From the NCBI GenBank assembly GCA_037441675.1, contig JBBIRS010000003.1, positions 160,001 to 224,000 on the forward strand: a DNA stretch of 64,000 nucleotides. The letters run 5' to 3'. Made by a program: the position numbers and the translations under genes. Every line of letters starts with the position of its first letter. Position 1 is the stretch's first letter. The notes beneath the pieces were generated by a model. It saw nothing but the letters and a program-made list of their open reading frames with translations, did no database searches and was not told the origin of the DNA. This DNA comes from Planctomycetales bacterium. GTDB lineage: Bacteria; 4484-113. Shown one piece after another: positions 49,848-60,341 of this stretch.

Positions 49848-49886
49848 GGCACGGATACTAGCAACTTATGCAATAGTATCCGTGCC
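49848..49886. terminator. Long hairpin between convergent genes
   Basis: GGCACGGATACTA ... TAGTATCCGTGCC, a perfect 13-bp inverted repeat. Confidence 0.65.
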
Positions 49887-50010
49887 ATATGATTTTCCCT
49901 CTTCCAACAAACTTTATTCGCCTATACGAGTAAGGGTTGTATTAGATAAATTTTAAGAAAATATTTTTCAGCGAGAAGCGCAAGGTGCCAGTTACATTTG
50001 GATAGTCAGC

Positions 50011-51243
50011 TCAGCTTCCCACTATTTGAAAAATCCTACCACTAATATAATCTGCGAGATAAATCTCTCCGACTTCATCCTCGCCAAAGGTGCTAATTTG
50101 GTAGCTAGTATGCTTGAAAAGAGCCCATTGCCATCCCCTTGATGTTCGCCTAAGACCCCAGATGCTACCAGAGCCGAAATCTGCGAAGAAGTAAGTTCCA
50201 TTCAAGTCGGGAAATTTCTTTCCACGGTAAACATAGCCACCGGTGATAGAGATGCCGACGTCATGCCCGTACTCCAAAATGGGAGGAGTTAATCCACTTC
50301 TGTCTGAACCGGGCTTTATCTCAAAGTCGTGGAAACCTTCAAGCAAGTCCCAACCGTAGTTTTGTCCGCCTTTACTGCCTGCTCCTTGGAAATGCACCTC
50401 TTCCCACTTGTTCTGTCCAACGTCTGCAATGTAAAGGTCGCCGGTGAGGCGGTCAAAGCTGTATCTCCAAGGGTTTCTGAGACCATATGCCCAGATTTCA
50501 GGCTTTATGCCAGGCTTGTCGTTGAAGGGATTGTCAGGTGGGATGGAGTAAGGGTATCCTTTGTCTATATCAATTCTTAGAAGTTTGCCGAGAAGGACTG
50601 AGAGATTCTGCGCGTTTCCCCAGGGGTCGCCTGCTGAACCGCCATCGCCCATTCCAATATATAGGTAGCGGTCGGGCCCAAAAAGAATCAGTCCTCCGTT
50701 GTGATTTCCTGCGGGTTGAGGGATTTTCAGAAGGACGCGCTCGGTATTTTCATCAGCGCGATTCGGATTTGCGCTCACTTTGAATTCGGAGATTGTAGTG
50801 TCTCCGTTGAGGTCGGTATAGTCAACGAAGAGGCGACCATTCTTTTTGTAATTAGGATGAAATGCGACGGAAAGAAGCCCGCGCTATCTACCTGCTTTGG
50901 TTTTCCCTGTGATGTTCAAGAATGGCTCTGATAAGGCTGAACCGTCCTTAAGAATCTTTATTGTTCCTCTCTGCTCAACGATGAAGAGCCTGCCGGAACC
51001 ATCTCGAGCGTGACCGATGAAAGTAACGTGACTGTAATGAGCAGCTATTAGCTTAAGATCTATCTTTGCCCAAGCCTTTACCATCGTCGCATTTTCTCCA
51101 CTTATTAACGGAACGGAGGGAGAAGTTGATTTGGGCGAGGGCTCCGCATAGGCGTTCTTTTCTTGTGTTTTGTTGCAGGAAGAAGGCGATGGCAGAGCAA
51201 AGGCTAGTATCAGAATAAACGCAAATATCTCTTTTTTTATCAT
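50011..51243 (-). pseudogene. PQQ-dependent glucose/sorbosone dehydrogenase with in-frame TAG at 50884-50886
   Basis: One frame throughout: DGSGRLFIVEQRG...KAGR*RGLLSVAFHP...NHNGG...YGLRNPWR. Confidence 0.85.
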
Positions 51244-51508
51244 TGAGATTTACTATCTCCTTTGATGACAGTTTCAATTTGCTGGCATGAGTCTACTAAA
51301 AGCGAAACATAGTATCAATGAAAGAGGCATAAATATTTTGAGTATCAGAATATGTAACATAAAGAAGTAGAAGGAAGTTGAGAGAATGTACGCGCTAAGC
51401 CTGCAGAATGTTTGGCCCACAAAGAAATTGGCAAGTTAAGGGGTTGGAAAAGAGAAATAGCAAATCAAATAGTAGCGGATTGGGGTTTAGGTGGATATAA
51501 TCTTAGTG

Positions 51509-52603
51509 ATGTCAACCGTACCTATTAGCGGAGCGTCACACTCTGGAAAGAAGCGGATCCTGACCGGTGATAGACCAACGGGAAAGCTCCATCTTGGGCA
51601 TTACGTTGGCTCACTGATAAATCGGGTCAAGCTCCAGAGAGAATACGAGACGTTTATCATCATCGCGGACGTTCAGGCATTGACTACACATTGGCAGGAG
51701 CCTGAGCGGATTCGCCAATCGGTGTTTAACGTGGCGCTGGATAATCTTGCTGTCGGTATTGACCCTGAGATATCCACAATTTGCGTTCAATCTATGATTC
51801 CCGAGATTGCGGAGCTAACGGTAATCTATGGGCTTTTCACGAATATGAATAAGCTCAGGCATAATCCAACGACAAAGGCAGAGGCATTGCAGTATGGGAT
51901 GATAGGCGAGAATGGCGATTTGACAACTGGCTTTGATCAGCTGACTTACGGCTTTTTCGGCTATCCTGTTTCGCAGGCAGCGGATATTACGTTTGTGCGT
52001 GCTAATCTCGTGCCAGTTGGCGAAGACCAAGTTCCACACATTGAGCTTTGTCGGGATATAGTTCGCAAGTTCAATCAGCTTTACGGAAATGGGAGGGAAA
52101 TAATTCCAGAGCCAGAAGCGCTCGTAAGTGATGTGGCAAGACTAAGCGCCCTGGATGGTTCAGCCAAGATGAGCAAGAGTCTAGGCAATGTTATTAACCT
52201 TTCCGATGAGCGAGATGAGATTGAAAGGATGGTATGGAAGGCAATTACTGACCCGGAGAAGATTCGGAAGAATGATAAAGGACATCCTGAGATATGCAAC
52301 GTTTATAAGTATCACCGCATCTTTAACACAAAGGAGAATTCTGATATAGTAGAGCGCGACTGTAAGAGCGGGGCGCTGGGTTGCGTGGAATGTAAGGGAA
52401 GATTAACCGAAGTACTGGACATTCTGCTTGCGCCGATTAGGAATCGACGTAAGGAACTAGAGGCGAGAATGGGTGATGTGGAAGAAATTCTGCGGGAAGG
52501 AACAAAACGTGCTCGCAGGGAAGGTCAAGAGACCTTGAAGATGGTTAAGGAGGCACTTAAAATTGATTATTTCAAATTACCGAATGGCTTTTCTCAGGTT
52601 TGA
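51509..52603 (+). CDS. trpS: Tryptophan--tRNA ligase
   Basis: TGDRPTGKLHLGH, VPVGEDQ, KMSKS. Confidence 0.97.
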   Translation: MSTVPISGASHSGKKRILTGDRPTGKLHLGHYVGSLINRVKLQREYETFIIIADVQALTTHWQEPERIRQSVFNVALDNLAVGIDPEISTICVQSMIPEIAELTVIYGLFTNMNKLRHNPTTKAEALQYGMIGENGDLTTGFDQLTYGFFGYPVSQAADITFVRANLVPVGEDQVPHIELCRDIVRKFNQLYGNGREIIPEPEALVSDVARLSALDGSAKMSKSLGNVINLSDERDEIERMVWKAITDPEKIRKNDKGHPEICNVYKYHRIFNTKENSDIVERDCKSGALGCVECKGRLTEVLDILLAPIRNRRKELEARMGDVEEILREGTKRARREGQETLKMVKEALKIDYFKLPNGFSQV

Positions 52604-52607
52604 AGAG

Positions 52608-52631
52608 ACACCCCGAAAGGGGTGTTTTTTT
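52608..52631 (+). terminator. Rho-independent terminator after trpS
   Basis: ACACCCC-GAAA-GGGGTGT followed by a T run. Confidence 0.9.
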
Positions 52632-52702
52632 ATGCATATTAGTAAAACACTATTAAGAGAAACTAGTTATCCACATCTTCAAAAGTGGTATGAGGTGATA
52701 AG

Positions 52703-55700
52703 TTGAGGAAGGATATTAAGAAAGTCTTAGTCATTGGGAATGGTCCAGTGATAATTGGGCAAGCAGCGGAGTTTGATTATTCCGGAACCCAAGCTTGCAG
52801 GGCTCTTAGGGAAGAGGGAGTGGAGGTAGTTCTGTTTAACTCTAACCCAGCAACGATTATGACGGATAAGGAAACCGCTGATAGGGTCTACATTGAGCCG
52901 ATGGATGTTAACCACTTGGAGAAGGTTATTTCAATTGAAAAGCCTGACGGAGTGTTACCTACACTGGGAGGGCAAACTGGTCTTAACCTTGCGACAGACC
53001 TTTATAGGTTAGGTATTGCGCAAAAGTACAATCTAAAATTTTTAGGAACTCCTCCCGAAAGCATTGTTAAGGCGGAAGATAGAGAACTTTTCAAGCTGAC
53101 AATGCAGTCAATTGGGATGCCTGTTCCCAAGAGCATTGCAGTGAAAGACTACGAAGAAGCTCTCACTTTCGCAAAAAGTGAAGGTTTTCCACTTATTGTT
53201 CGTCCTGGTTTCACGCTTGGCGGAACTGGTGGGGGGATTGCGTTTAATATGGAGGAGTTTAGAGAAATCGTGATTAGAGGCTTCGCTCACTCGTTGAATC
53301 ACCAAGTACTAATTGAAAAGTGTGTCCTTGGCTGGAAGGAAATTGAATATGAGGTGATGCGGGATAGCGCAGACAACTGCATCACGGTGTGCAATATGGA
53401 GAACATTGATCCAATGGGGATACACACAGGTGATTCAATTGTAGTCGCACCTAGCTTAACTATTACAGATAGGGAGCATCAGCTCTTAAGGAGCGCTTCA
53501 ATAAAGATTATTCGCACACTAGAGATTGAAGGCGGGTGTAACGTTCAGTTTGCGTTACATCCTGAGTGTCTTAAATTTTATGTAATTGAGGTGAACCCCA
53601 GAGTTTCCCGCTCGTCCGCTCTAGCGAGCAAGGCGACGGGTTATCCCATTGCTAGGGTTGCAGCGAAAATTGCACTAGGTTTAAGGCTGGATGAGATACC
53701 GAACCAGGTAACTGGAATGACTATGGCTTCTTTTGAGCCTGCCCTTGACTATGTGGTGCTAAAGATACCTAAGTGGCCCTTTGACAAGTTTTCTGAGGCT
53801 GATAGGTCTCTTGGTTCACAGATGAAAAGCACGGGCGAAGTAATGGCTATTGATAGAACATTTGAGGGAGCTCTCCTAAAGGCTTTGGAGGGGCTAGAAG
53901 TCAAACTTTGGAGCTTTCATACGAATAGATTTTTGAAGATGAATGACGCGGAATTGCAGAATTATCTGTCAACTCCAACTGATGGAAGACTCTTTGCCAT
54001 TTTTGAAGCGCTTCACAGAGGGTATTCTGTAGAAACTATCGCAAAACTTACCCAAATCAGCCCTTACTTTATAAGACGAATAAAGAACCTTATTGAGGCG
54101 GAGAAAAAGTTCAAAGGTCGAAAGGTAGAAAGCGTAAACTTAGAGGAGCTTGCGTGGCTAAAGGCGCATGGGCTTTCAGATAGACTGCTTGCACTCATTC
54201 TTGATGATGACGAGAGGAAAGTTACGGAGACTAGAAAGTGTAACGGCTTTAATCCGCAGTTTAAGGCAGTAGATACTTGTGCCGCTGAATTTAAGGCGTT
54301 AACACCTTACTTTTTTAGCACATATGCGGAGGAAAGTGACGCTAGACCACTCAAGTCGTTTAAGAGAGCTTCTGAGAAGAAGGGAAAGGTTCTAGTGATT
54401 GGCTCTGGACCTATTCGAATTGGGCAAGGGATTGAGTTTGATTACTGCTCAGTTCACGCTCTTAATGCCCTCAACAAGTTGGGTTACGAAGCGATCATTA
54501 TTAACAACAATCCTGAGACTGTATCCACAGATTTTGATATGAGCGATGGTCTCTATTTTGAACCAATTACACTTGAGAGGGTGTTAGCAGTTTGGGAGAG
54601 GGAAAAGCCAATTGGTGTTGTTGTCCAGTTTGGAGGGCAAACAGCCATAAACATTGCAAAACCGCTTGCCAAGGCAGGCGTAAAAATACTTGGCACCACT
54701 GTTGAGGGAATTGACGTTACAGAAAATAGGGAGAAGTTTGACGTTCTTATGGGCGAGTTAAATATACCTCGTCCACCCGGAAGCGCTATCTCCGATTATC
54801 CTAGAGCGGTTGAGGTTGCTGAGAGAATTGGATTTCCGGTTCTTGTTCGTCCTTCATACGTTTTGGGTGGCCGGGCAATGGAGATAATTTACACTTCGGA
54901 GGCTTTGACGCGCTTCATTGAAGCTAATTCATGGTCATTTGCCGACCAACCAATTCTAATTGACAAGTATTACCGAGGGACGGAAGTTGAGGTTGACTTA
55001 ATTTCAGATGGCGAAGACATCCTCATTCCAGGAATTATGGAGCATATTGAAAAAGCGGGCATTCATTCAGGGGATTCTATGGCGGTTTACCCGCCTGTCA
55101 GTTTAAGCCAAAGGCAGATTGAAACCATAGTGGATTACTCTTGGAAGATAGCCAAGCGCGTTCAGGCTGTGGGAATGATAAATATTCAGTTTGTGATTAC
55201 GGAGGAAGGTAATGTTTTAGTGTTGGAGGTAAATCCTAGAGCAAGTAGGACTGTTCCATACCTCTCAAAGATTACAGGAGTTTGGATGATACAGCTTGCG
55301 GTAACTGCTATTATGGGGGAGAGGTTGAGAGATTTGGGAGTTCCGCTTGGGCTTCTTCCTCCTGGCAGATTCTACGGCGTTAAATCGCCAGTATTTAGTT
55401 TTGCTAAAATATCGCGCGCGGAGGTGGGTTTAGGCCCTGAAATGAAGAGCACTGGTGAGGTTATGGGTATCAGCGAGAATTTTAGCATCGCTTTGAAGAA
55501 AGCTATGCTTGCGGCTGGGTTGAAAGTACCCGAGCTTCGCCGAGAGCCGGTATTGGCAATGGCAGGAAATGCAAGAGCACAGGTAAGCGGTTCTCAAGTT
55601 TATCCGCTCACATCTGATACTTCGCCAAAATCTGAGGAAGCTGTGCTCTTCACCATCGCTGATAAGGATAAGGAGGAAGCTTTTTCACTTGCGATGAGAT

Positions 55701-56056
55701 TCAGCGAGCTTGGTTTTAAGATATACGCAAGCCACGGAACTGCTCGCTACTTCAATAGTAGAGGGTTTCAGGCGGAGTCAGTCTTTAAGCTAAGCGAGGG
55801 TCGTCCGCATATTATCGACCTTCTCACAAATGGCAAATTTAGTTTGATAGTGAATACGATTTCCGACAACCGCATCGCGGAGATTGAAGCGCGGGCAATT
55901 AGAAGAACAGCAGTTGAGCTTGGGATTCCAGTAATTACGAGCCTAGACACTGCGGCGGCATTACTCACCGCAATAATAACACCAATGGAGGATGAAACTG
56001 GACTTCCTAAAGTTACGGAGCTAGGGGAGATTGGGCGGGCGTGGAGAACCAATTAA
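52703..56056 (+). CDS. carB: Carbamoyl-phosphate synthase large subunit
   Basis: IGQAAEFDYSG, two ATP-grasp halves (EVNPR twice), C-terminal MGS domain. Confidence 0.97.
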   Translation: MRKDIKKVLVIGNGPVIIGQAAEFDYSGTQACRALREEGVEVVLFNSNPATIMTDKETADRVYIEPMDVNHLEKVISIEKPDGVLPTLGGQTGLNLATDLYRLGIAQKYNLKFLGTPPESIVKAEDRELFKLTMQSIGMPVPKSIAVKDYEEALTFAKSEGFPLIVRPGFTLGGTGGGIAFNMEEFREIVIRGFAHSLNHQVLIEKCVLGWKEIEYEVMRDSADNCITVCNMENIDPMGIHTGDSIVVAPSLTITDREHQLLRSASIKIIRTLEIEGGCNVQFALHPECLKFYVIEVNPRVSRSSALASKATGYPIARVAAKIALGLRLDEIPNQVTGMTMASFEPALDYVVLKIPKWPFDKFSEADRSLGSQMKSTGEVMAIDRTFEGALLKALEGLEVKLWSFHTNRFLKMNDAELQNYLSTPTDGRLFAIFEALHRGYSVETIAKLTQISPYFIRRIKNLIEAEKKFKGRKVESVNLEELAWLKAHGLSDRLLALILDDDERKVTETRKCNGFNPQFKAVDTCAAEFKALTPYFFSTYAEESDARPLKSFKRASEKKGKVLVIGSGPIRIGQGIEFDYCSVHALNALNKLGYEAIIINNNPETVSTDFDMSDGLYFEPITLERVLAVWEREKPIGVVVQFGGQTAINIAKPLAKAGVKILGTTVEGIDVTENREKFDVLMGELNIPRPPGSAISDYPRAVEVAERIGFPVLVRPSYVLGGRAMEIIYTSEALTRFIEANSWSFADQPILIDKYYRGTEVEVDLISDGEDILIPGIMEHIEKAGIHSGDSMAVYPPVSLSQRQIETIVDYSWKIAKRVQAVGMINIQFVITEEGNVLVLEVNPRASRTVPYLSKITGVWMIQLAVTAIMGERLRDLGVPLGLLPPGRFYGVKSPVFSFAKISRAEVGLGPEMKSTGEVMGISENFSIALKKAMLAAGLKVPELRREPVLAMAGNARAQVSGSQVYPLTSDTSPKSEEAVLFTIADKDKEEAFSLAMRFSELGFKIYASHGTARYFNSRGFQAESVFKLSEGRPHIIDLLTNGKFSLIVNTISDNRIAEIEARAIRRTAVELGIPVITSLDTAAALLTAIITPMEDETGLPKVTELGEIGRAWRTN

Positions 56057-56194
56057 AATCGCTTAAAACGCATCCTTAAGCTTTCTTAATCTCTTTTGTT
56101 TATTGCACGTGCTTTTTCAAAATCTCTTGGATAACTCGGTTTATATCTGCATCCGGTTAGAGCTTACCTTTGACACGATTTGAATTTGTTCATT

Positions 56195-56989
56195 TTAGCT
56201 TGGATTTATCAGCTCTTCGTAGTTATTCCTCGGGTTGTTTACCGCGGGGCTGACGGGGTAGGCGGTCATTTCCGCAGGCGGGAATGGCTTGAGGAGGGAG
56301 AGAAGGACTTGTTCTGCTTCATCTGAGGTGGAAATTGTTATGCTCTCCTCGCATTTACCACTGGAAGTAGATAAAGCTTGCTTTCCGCTTGCACTCCAAG
56401 CGAATTCTCGCCCTACGGCTTTTTCGGGCAATTCTGGATCTAGCCAGATATCTGTGGCTTCGCAGGTTAGAATTACTGGCATGCGATTGTGTATTTCTGC
56501 TAACAAGTCGTTCGGTTCAGTAGTAATAATGGTGCAGGTTTGAATTGGTTCGCTTGTTTGCTTGTGGTTATCACTAGATGGAGGTGTCCACATTTCCCAC
56601 AATCCAGCGAAACAAAAGGGCTTACCGCTTTTAAGGCGAACATAGATGGGGACTTTTCGTTTACTCCCCTTTTTCCACTCGTAGAACCCATCCGCAAGAA
56701 TTAGACATCTTCGCTTAACAAAAGCCTGCCGAAATATGCGTTTATCTGCGATGGTTTCTGCGCGAGCATTTATCAAGCGGTTACCGATGCTTTCGTTCTT
56801 TGCCCATGAGGGTATCAACCCCCAGCGGAATGAAACAAGGCTACGTTTGCCTTGCTGGTTTAAGATTACCGCAACTTTTTGCGTTGGAGCAATGTTGAAA
56901 GAAGGCTTGAATTCTATATTAACCTCATCTATTCGGAATTCATTGATGGCAGTTTCAAACCCACTCGCAAATGTAAATCTTCCACACAT
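56195..56989 (-). CDS. SOS response-associated peptidase (SRAP/YedK, abasic-site crosslinking)
   Basis: N-terminal MCGRF, NARAET, GFYEW, IHNRMP. Confidence 0.93.
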   Translation of the reverse strand: MCGRFTFASGFETAINEFRIDEVNIEFKPSFNIAPTQKVAVILNQQGKRSLVSFRWGLIPSWAKNESIGNRLINARAETIADKRIFRQAFVKRRCLILADGFYEWKKGSKRKVPIYVRLKSGKPFCFAGLWEMWTPPSSDNHKQTSEPIQTCTIITTEPNDLLAEIHNRMPVILTCEATDIWLDPELPEKAVGREFAWSASGKQALSTSSGKCEESITISTSDEAEQVLLSLLKPFPPAEMTAYPVSPAVNNPRNNYEELINPS

Positions 56990-57000
56990 TGCAATATTAA

Positions 57001-57420
57001 CTAACGCTTTTTCCTATTCCGCCTTCTAAGGAACAAAGCATCTATAGAATACTCACCTGCGCCGAGCATTACAAGAGCACCAGCGATACTAAAGTAGGCT
57101 AAGGCTAGTTCCCTGCGTTCTAATGGGTCACCCGCGTGGGCGATGAATGCGGCAACGCTCATATTGATGAAGAGTAGAAGCGCCATTAGCCTAGTTGCAA
57201 GACCTAAGGCGATGAGTATGCCTCCGCCAAATTCGGTTAAAGCGGATAGCCAAGCGAAAAACTCTGGCATTGGGAAGCCCATATTCGCAACACCCTGAGT
57301 GAGCTGAACAATATTCCCACCAAAGACCTTACCATACCCGTGATAAGCGATACCCGCGCCAACTAGGACGCGTAGCCACAAAAGCCCAAGTGATGCTAGT
57401 AATGTTGGAAATCTTTTCAT
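57001..57420 (-). CDS. DoxX family membrane protein
   Basis: LRV..G....HG..K, EFGGG..LGL.TR, GAGEYSID. Confidence 0.9.
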   Translation of the reverse strand: MKRFPTLLASLGLLWLRVLVGAGIAYHGYGKVFGGNIVQLTQGVANMGFPMPEFFAWLSALTEFGGGILIALGLATRLMALLLFINMSVAAFIAHAGDPLERRELALAYFSIAGALVMLGAGEYSIDALFLRRRNRKKR

Positions 57421-57952
57421 TTTTGACTACTCCTTGAGGGTTCTTCGATTGTTTCTTCTGCCTTCTTGCGGGGGATAGAAAGACTCTTCCAATTCCCCGA
57501 TCGAAGATGCTTTGCAAGATATACTATTTGGCCAATGTGATAGGCGTAGTGAGTGGATTGGCGGTTTATCGCTTGAAGAACTGTATGTGGTTTGCCACGA
57601 ATGGTGACAGTTTTGAGAAGATCATCCTCTTTCAGGGTTTCTAAGGTTTCAAACAGCCTGCTCCATCCCATTTCAAAGTAAGATATTATCTCTTCGCGGG
57701 AAGTAAAGTTGTCAATAAACTCATCATCGCGATTTCGCCAATCCTTCTCCCCATCGGTGGTGAGGAAATCCGTCCAGCGAGAAAGCATATTTCCTGCCAT
57801 ATGTTTCATTATTATGGCGATTGAGTTGGATTCAGTAGCGGGAGAAAAGTGAAGCTCATCATCGTTAACTTGTTCAAGAGCTTTCTCCGCCAGCATTTTG
57901 TAAGCTTTAAACTTTTGATTATATCATCTAAGTAATGAGAGCTAACATTCAT
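57417..57952 (-). pseudogene. DUF1572 / DinB-superfamily protein with a 1-nt deletion near 57910 (likely a sequencing error)
   Basis: NSIAIIMKHMAGNMLSRWTDFLTTDGEK, HYAYHIGQIV; N-terminus MNVSSHYLDDIIKS joins FKAYKML if one T is added. Confidence 0.8.
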
Positions 57953-57956
57953 TGTT

Positions 57957-58745
57957 TTACTCCTCGCTGAAGCATTCCTTGAAGAAACTGAGTAGAGCCT
58001 GCCAGGAACGCCTATCGGCATTTTGATTGTAAGCTGAACCACGGGAAGGATCATTACCAGCATTAGTGTTTGTGAAGCTGTGAACAGCTCCGCCATAAAT
58101 TATCATCTGCCAATCAACTCCGGCGATCCGCATTTCGTCTTGAAATGCTAGCACCTGTTCTAGTGGGACATGTGGGTCGTCGCCACCGTGACAGACGAGT
58201 ATTTTGCACTTTATATTCTTGGCATCCTCTGGATTAGGAGTGGATAATCCTCCGTGAAAGGATACAACTCCGCAAATGTTCGCCCCACTTCGTGCAAGCT
58301 CAAGAACTGTGGTTCCACCAAAACAGTAACCAATCGCGACGATTTTGTTCACATCGACGAGAGGATGACTTTTGAGAAAGGACAATCCAGCGTTTACTCG
58401 CTGACGTAGGAGGGAACGATCAGGTGCGAGATAAAATTGGCTTGCTAGCTTGCTCGCCTCTTCGGGGGTTTCGGCTACTTTACCATCCCCATACATATCC
58501 ACTGCAAAGGCAATATAGCCAAGTTCCGCAATCTGTCTCGCACGCATCTTTGCATATTCGTTCAATCCCCACCATTCATGAACTATAAGAACACCAGGAA
58601 CCTTTTTCGAGACCTTATCATCGTAAGAAAGATAACCCGTGAAATTATCTTTTCCGTCGCTGTAATTCACGGTTTCTGAGATTATTCTTGCTTGGATAGG
58701 CATTGCTAGTAGAAAAAACATTATTATACTGAGAAAAATTCTCAT
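57957..58745 (-). CDS. Dienelactone hydrolase family protein with signal peptide
   Basis: HEWWGLN, GYCFGG nucleophile elbow, HSFTN. Confidence 0.92.
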   Translation of the reverse strand: MRIFLSIIMFFLLAMPIQARIISETVNYSDGKDNFTGYLSYDDKVSKKVPGVLIVHEWWGLNEYAKMRARQIAELGYIAFAVDMYGDGKVAETPEEASKLASQFYLAPDRSLLRQRVNAGLSFLKSHPLVDVNKIVAIGYCFGGTTVLELARSGANICGVVSFHGGLSTPNPEDAKNIKCKILVCHGGDDPHVPLEQVLAFQDEMRIAGVDWQMIIYGGAVHSFTNTNAGNDPSRGSAYNQNADRRSWQALLSFFKECFSEE

Positions 58746-58885
58746 TGGTTCTCCTTCACTTAACAGTAATCTGTATTACCAACCTTGTGGCAGAAAATTT
58801 TCCATACTGGTGGGATATTACCCTAAACTAGGTTTTCCGATAAGTGCTTGTGCTATGTGTAAAATCAGATGCTCACTAGGTAAAT

Positions 58886-60169
58886 TTATTTAGAAATAAC
58901 TGGGGAAACTAATCGCTCCTTGATGAAGTGAAGGGCGTAAACCCCAATAGCTAGATAGATTAGTATCATACCGAACGCGAATCGCCAGCCAAGCCCGACG
59001 CCATAAACTGCGTTAATCTTGTCCGCAATTGGACCTACAACCGGCGCAATAACCTGTGGCACGGTAAAGGCAAGGTGCCAGATAGCCATATATCTCCCCA
59101 CTTCTCGAATAGGAACGAGATTTGCGGCAAGAGCCCAATCTACCGCTTGAAAAGCTCCCCATGCTATACCGAAAATTACACCTGCAATATAAACTAGCGT
59201 GATGTTTCTCACTAGGAGAAACCAAATAACCGCTATTGATATGACCGCACAAGTAGAGTAGAGTATTCTTTTTTTGCTGTACCTATCTGCGTATTTTCCC
59301 GCGGGGAAGGTTCCGACTAATCCTGAGTAGGTTATGATAAGTGCTAGTAGCGCAACCGTCATCGGCGCTTTATCGCCAAGCCCAATAGAATCGCGAATGT
59401 AGTAGTCAAGAAAGAAGACCGCTGTGTAAAACCCCATATTTATAAAGAAACGTGAAATGATAAGCCAAGTAAAATCAGGCTCATCTTTTAGCCTTATGTC
59501 AAGAATGTGCTTAATGATACTTCTACTTTTTCGACTTGAAAGGACTGGTTCTTGAACGCCTAGAACAGTCCAAAGCATAGTGAGAATAATAGTTACCATC
59601 ACAATTACAGCAAGGATGAAAAGACGAGTATCAAAATCCATCAAGGGAAACAGGATACCTTGGATAATGACGCCAGAGATCGGTAAGGCGAAACCTTGTC
59701 CAAGGATTATCGCAAGACCCATATATGCTGAGGCAAGTCCATGACTTGCGGGTGGAACTAGGTCGGGCATTAGAGCTTGATAGGGACCAGCGGCAATGTT
59801 TATGAATAACTGAAGGATTAAGAATGCTATAAAGAGAAACGAGTACTTGGGTGCAAGGGCTAACAGTATCAGAGCAGGGATAGATGCAAGCACTCCAAAG
59901 AACATGTAAGGTCTTCTTCTTCCCCATTGGGACTTTGTGGCATCGCTTATGGGACCAACAATTAGCTGGATTACCGTTGAAACGAACGCTCCTGCAGAAG
60001 TAATATAGAAAACGTATGTGCCCTTAAGTTCAGGGTAAAAGTGATGAACCTGCTCCGGAAGCCAAAGGAAGAGCACACTAGACCAAAGGAAGCTATGACC
60101 GAACCAAAATGCAGAAATCGCCAATAATGATTTGGGATTAACCTGAAATCGTACTTCGCTTGCGCCCAT
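58886..60169 (-). CDS. MFS transporter (sugar/SLC45-like)
   Basis: SD.T.S.WGRRRPY, 12 TM, GKYADRYSKK. Confidence 0.85.
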   Translation of the reverse strand: MGASEVRFQVNPKSLLAISAFWFGHSFLWSSVLFLWLPEQVHHFYPELKGTYVFYITSAGAFVSTVIQLIVGPISDATKSQWGRRRPYMFFGVLASIPALILLALAPKYSFLFIAFLILQLFINIAAGPYQALMPDLVPPASHGLASAYMGLAIILGQGFALPISGVIIQGILFPLMDFDTRLFILAVIVMVTIILTMLWTVLGVQEPVLSSRKSRSIIKHILDIRLKDEPDFTWLIISRFFINMGFYTAVFFLDYYIRDSIGLGDKAPMTVALLALIITYSGLVGTFPAGKYADRYSKKRILYSTCAVISIAVIWFLLVRNITLVYIAGVIFGIAWGAFQAVDWALAANLVPIREVGRYMAIWHLAFTVPQVIAPVVGPIADKINAVYGVGLGWRFAFGMILIYLAIGVYALHFIKERLVSPVISK

Positions 60170-60341
60170 TAAATTAGGTTGTATTTAATTGGAGATAAAC
60201 TATTATTTTATATGAAGATGCTGTAGTAGATTTCATTAAGATAAACAAATCCTATCTAGAAGAGGCAAAACAATTAAATGAGCAGATTTGATGCAACCTG
60301 CGTGGAGATTTAGGAAAACAATATTTACCTAGTTTTTTATA

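Noticed and set aside
33613..50886. Stop-codon reassignment (alternative genetic code) suggested by three in-frame stops
   Set aside because: The stops correspond to different expected residues (TAA=Ser, TAG=Trp, TAG=Glu), and TAG/TAA terminate many intact genes at their normal ends (narH, moaA, mobA, narG).
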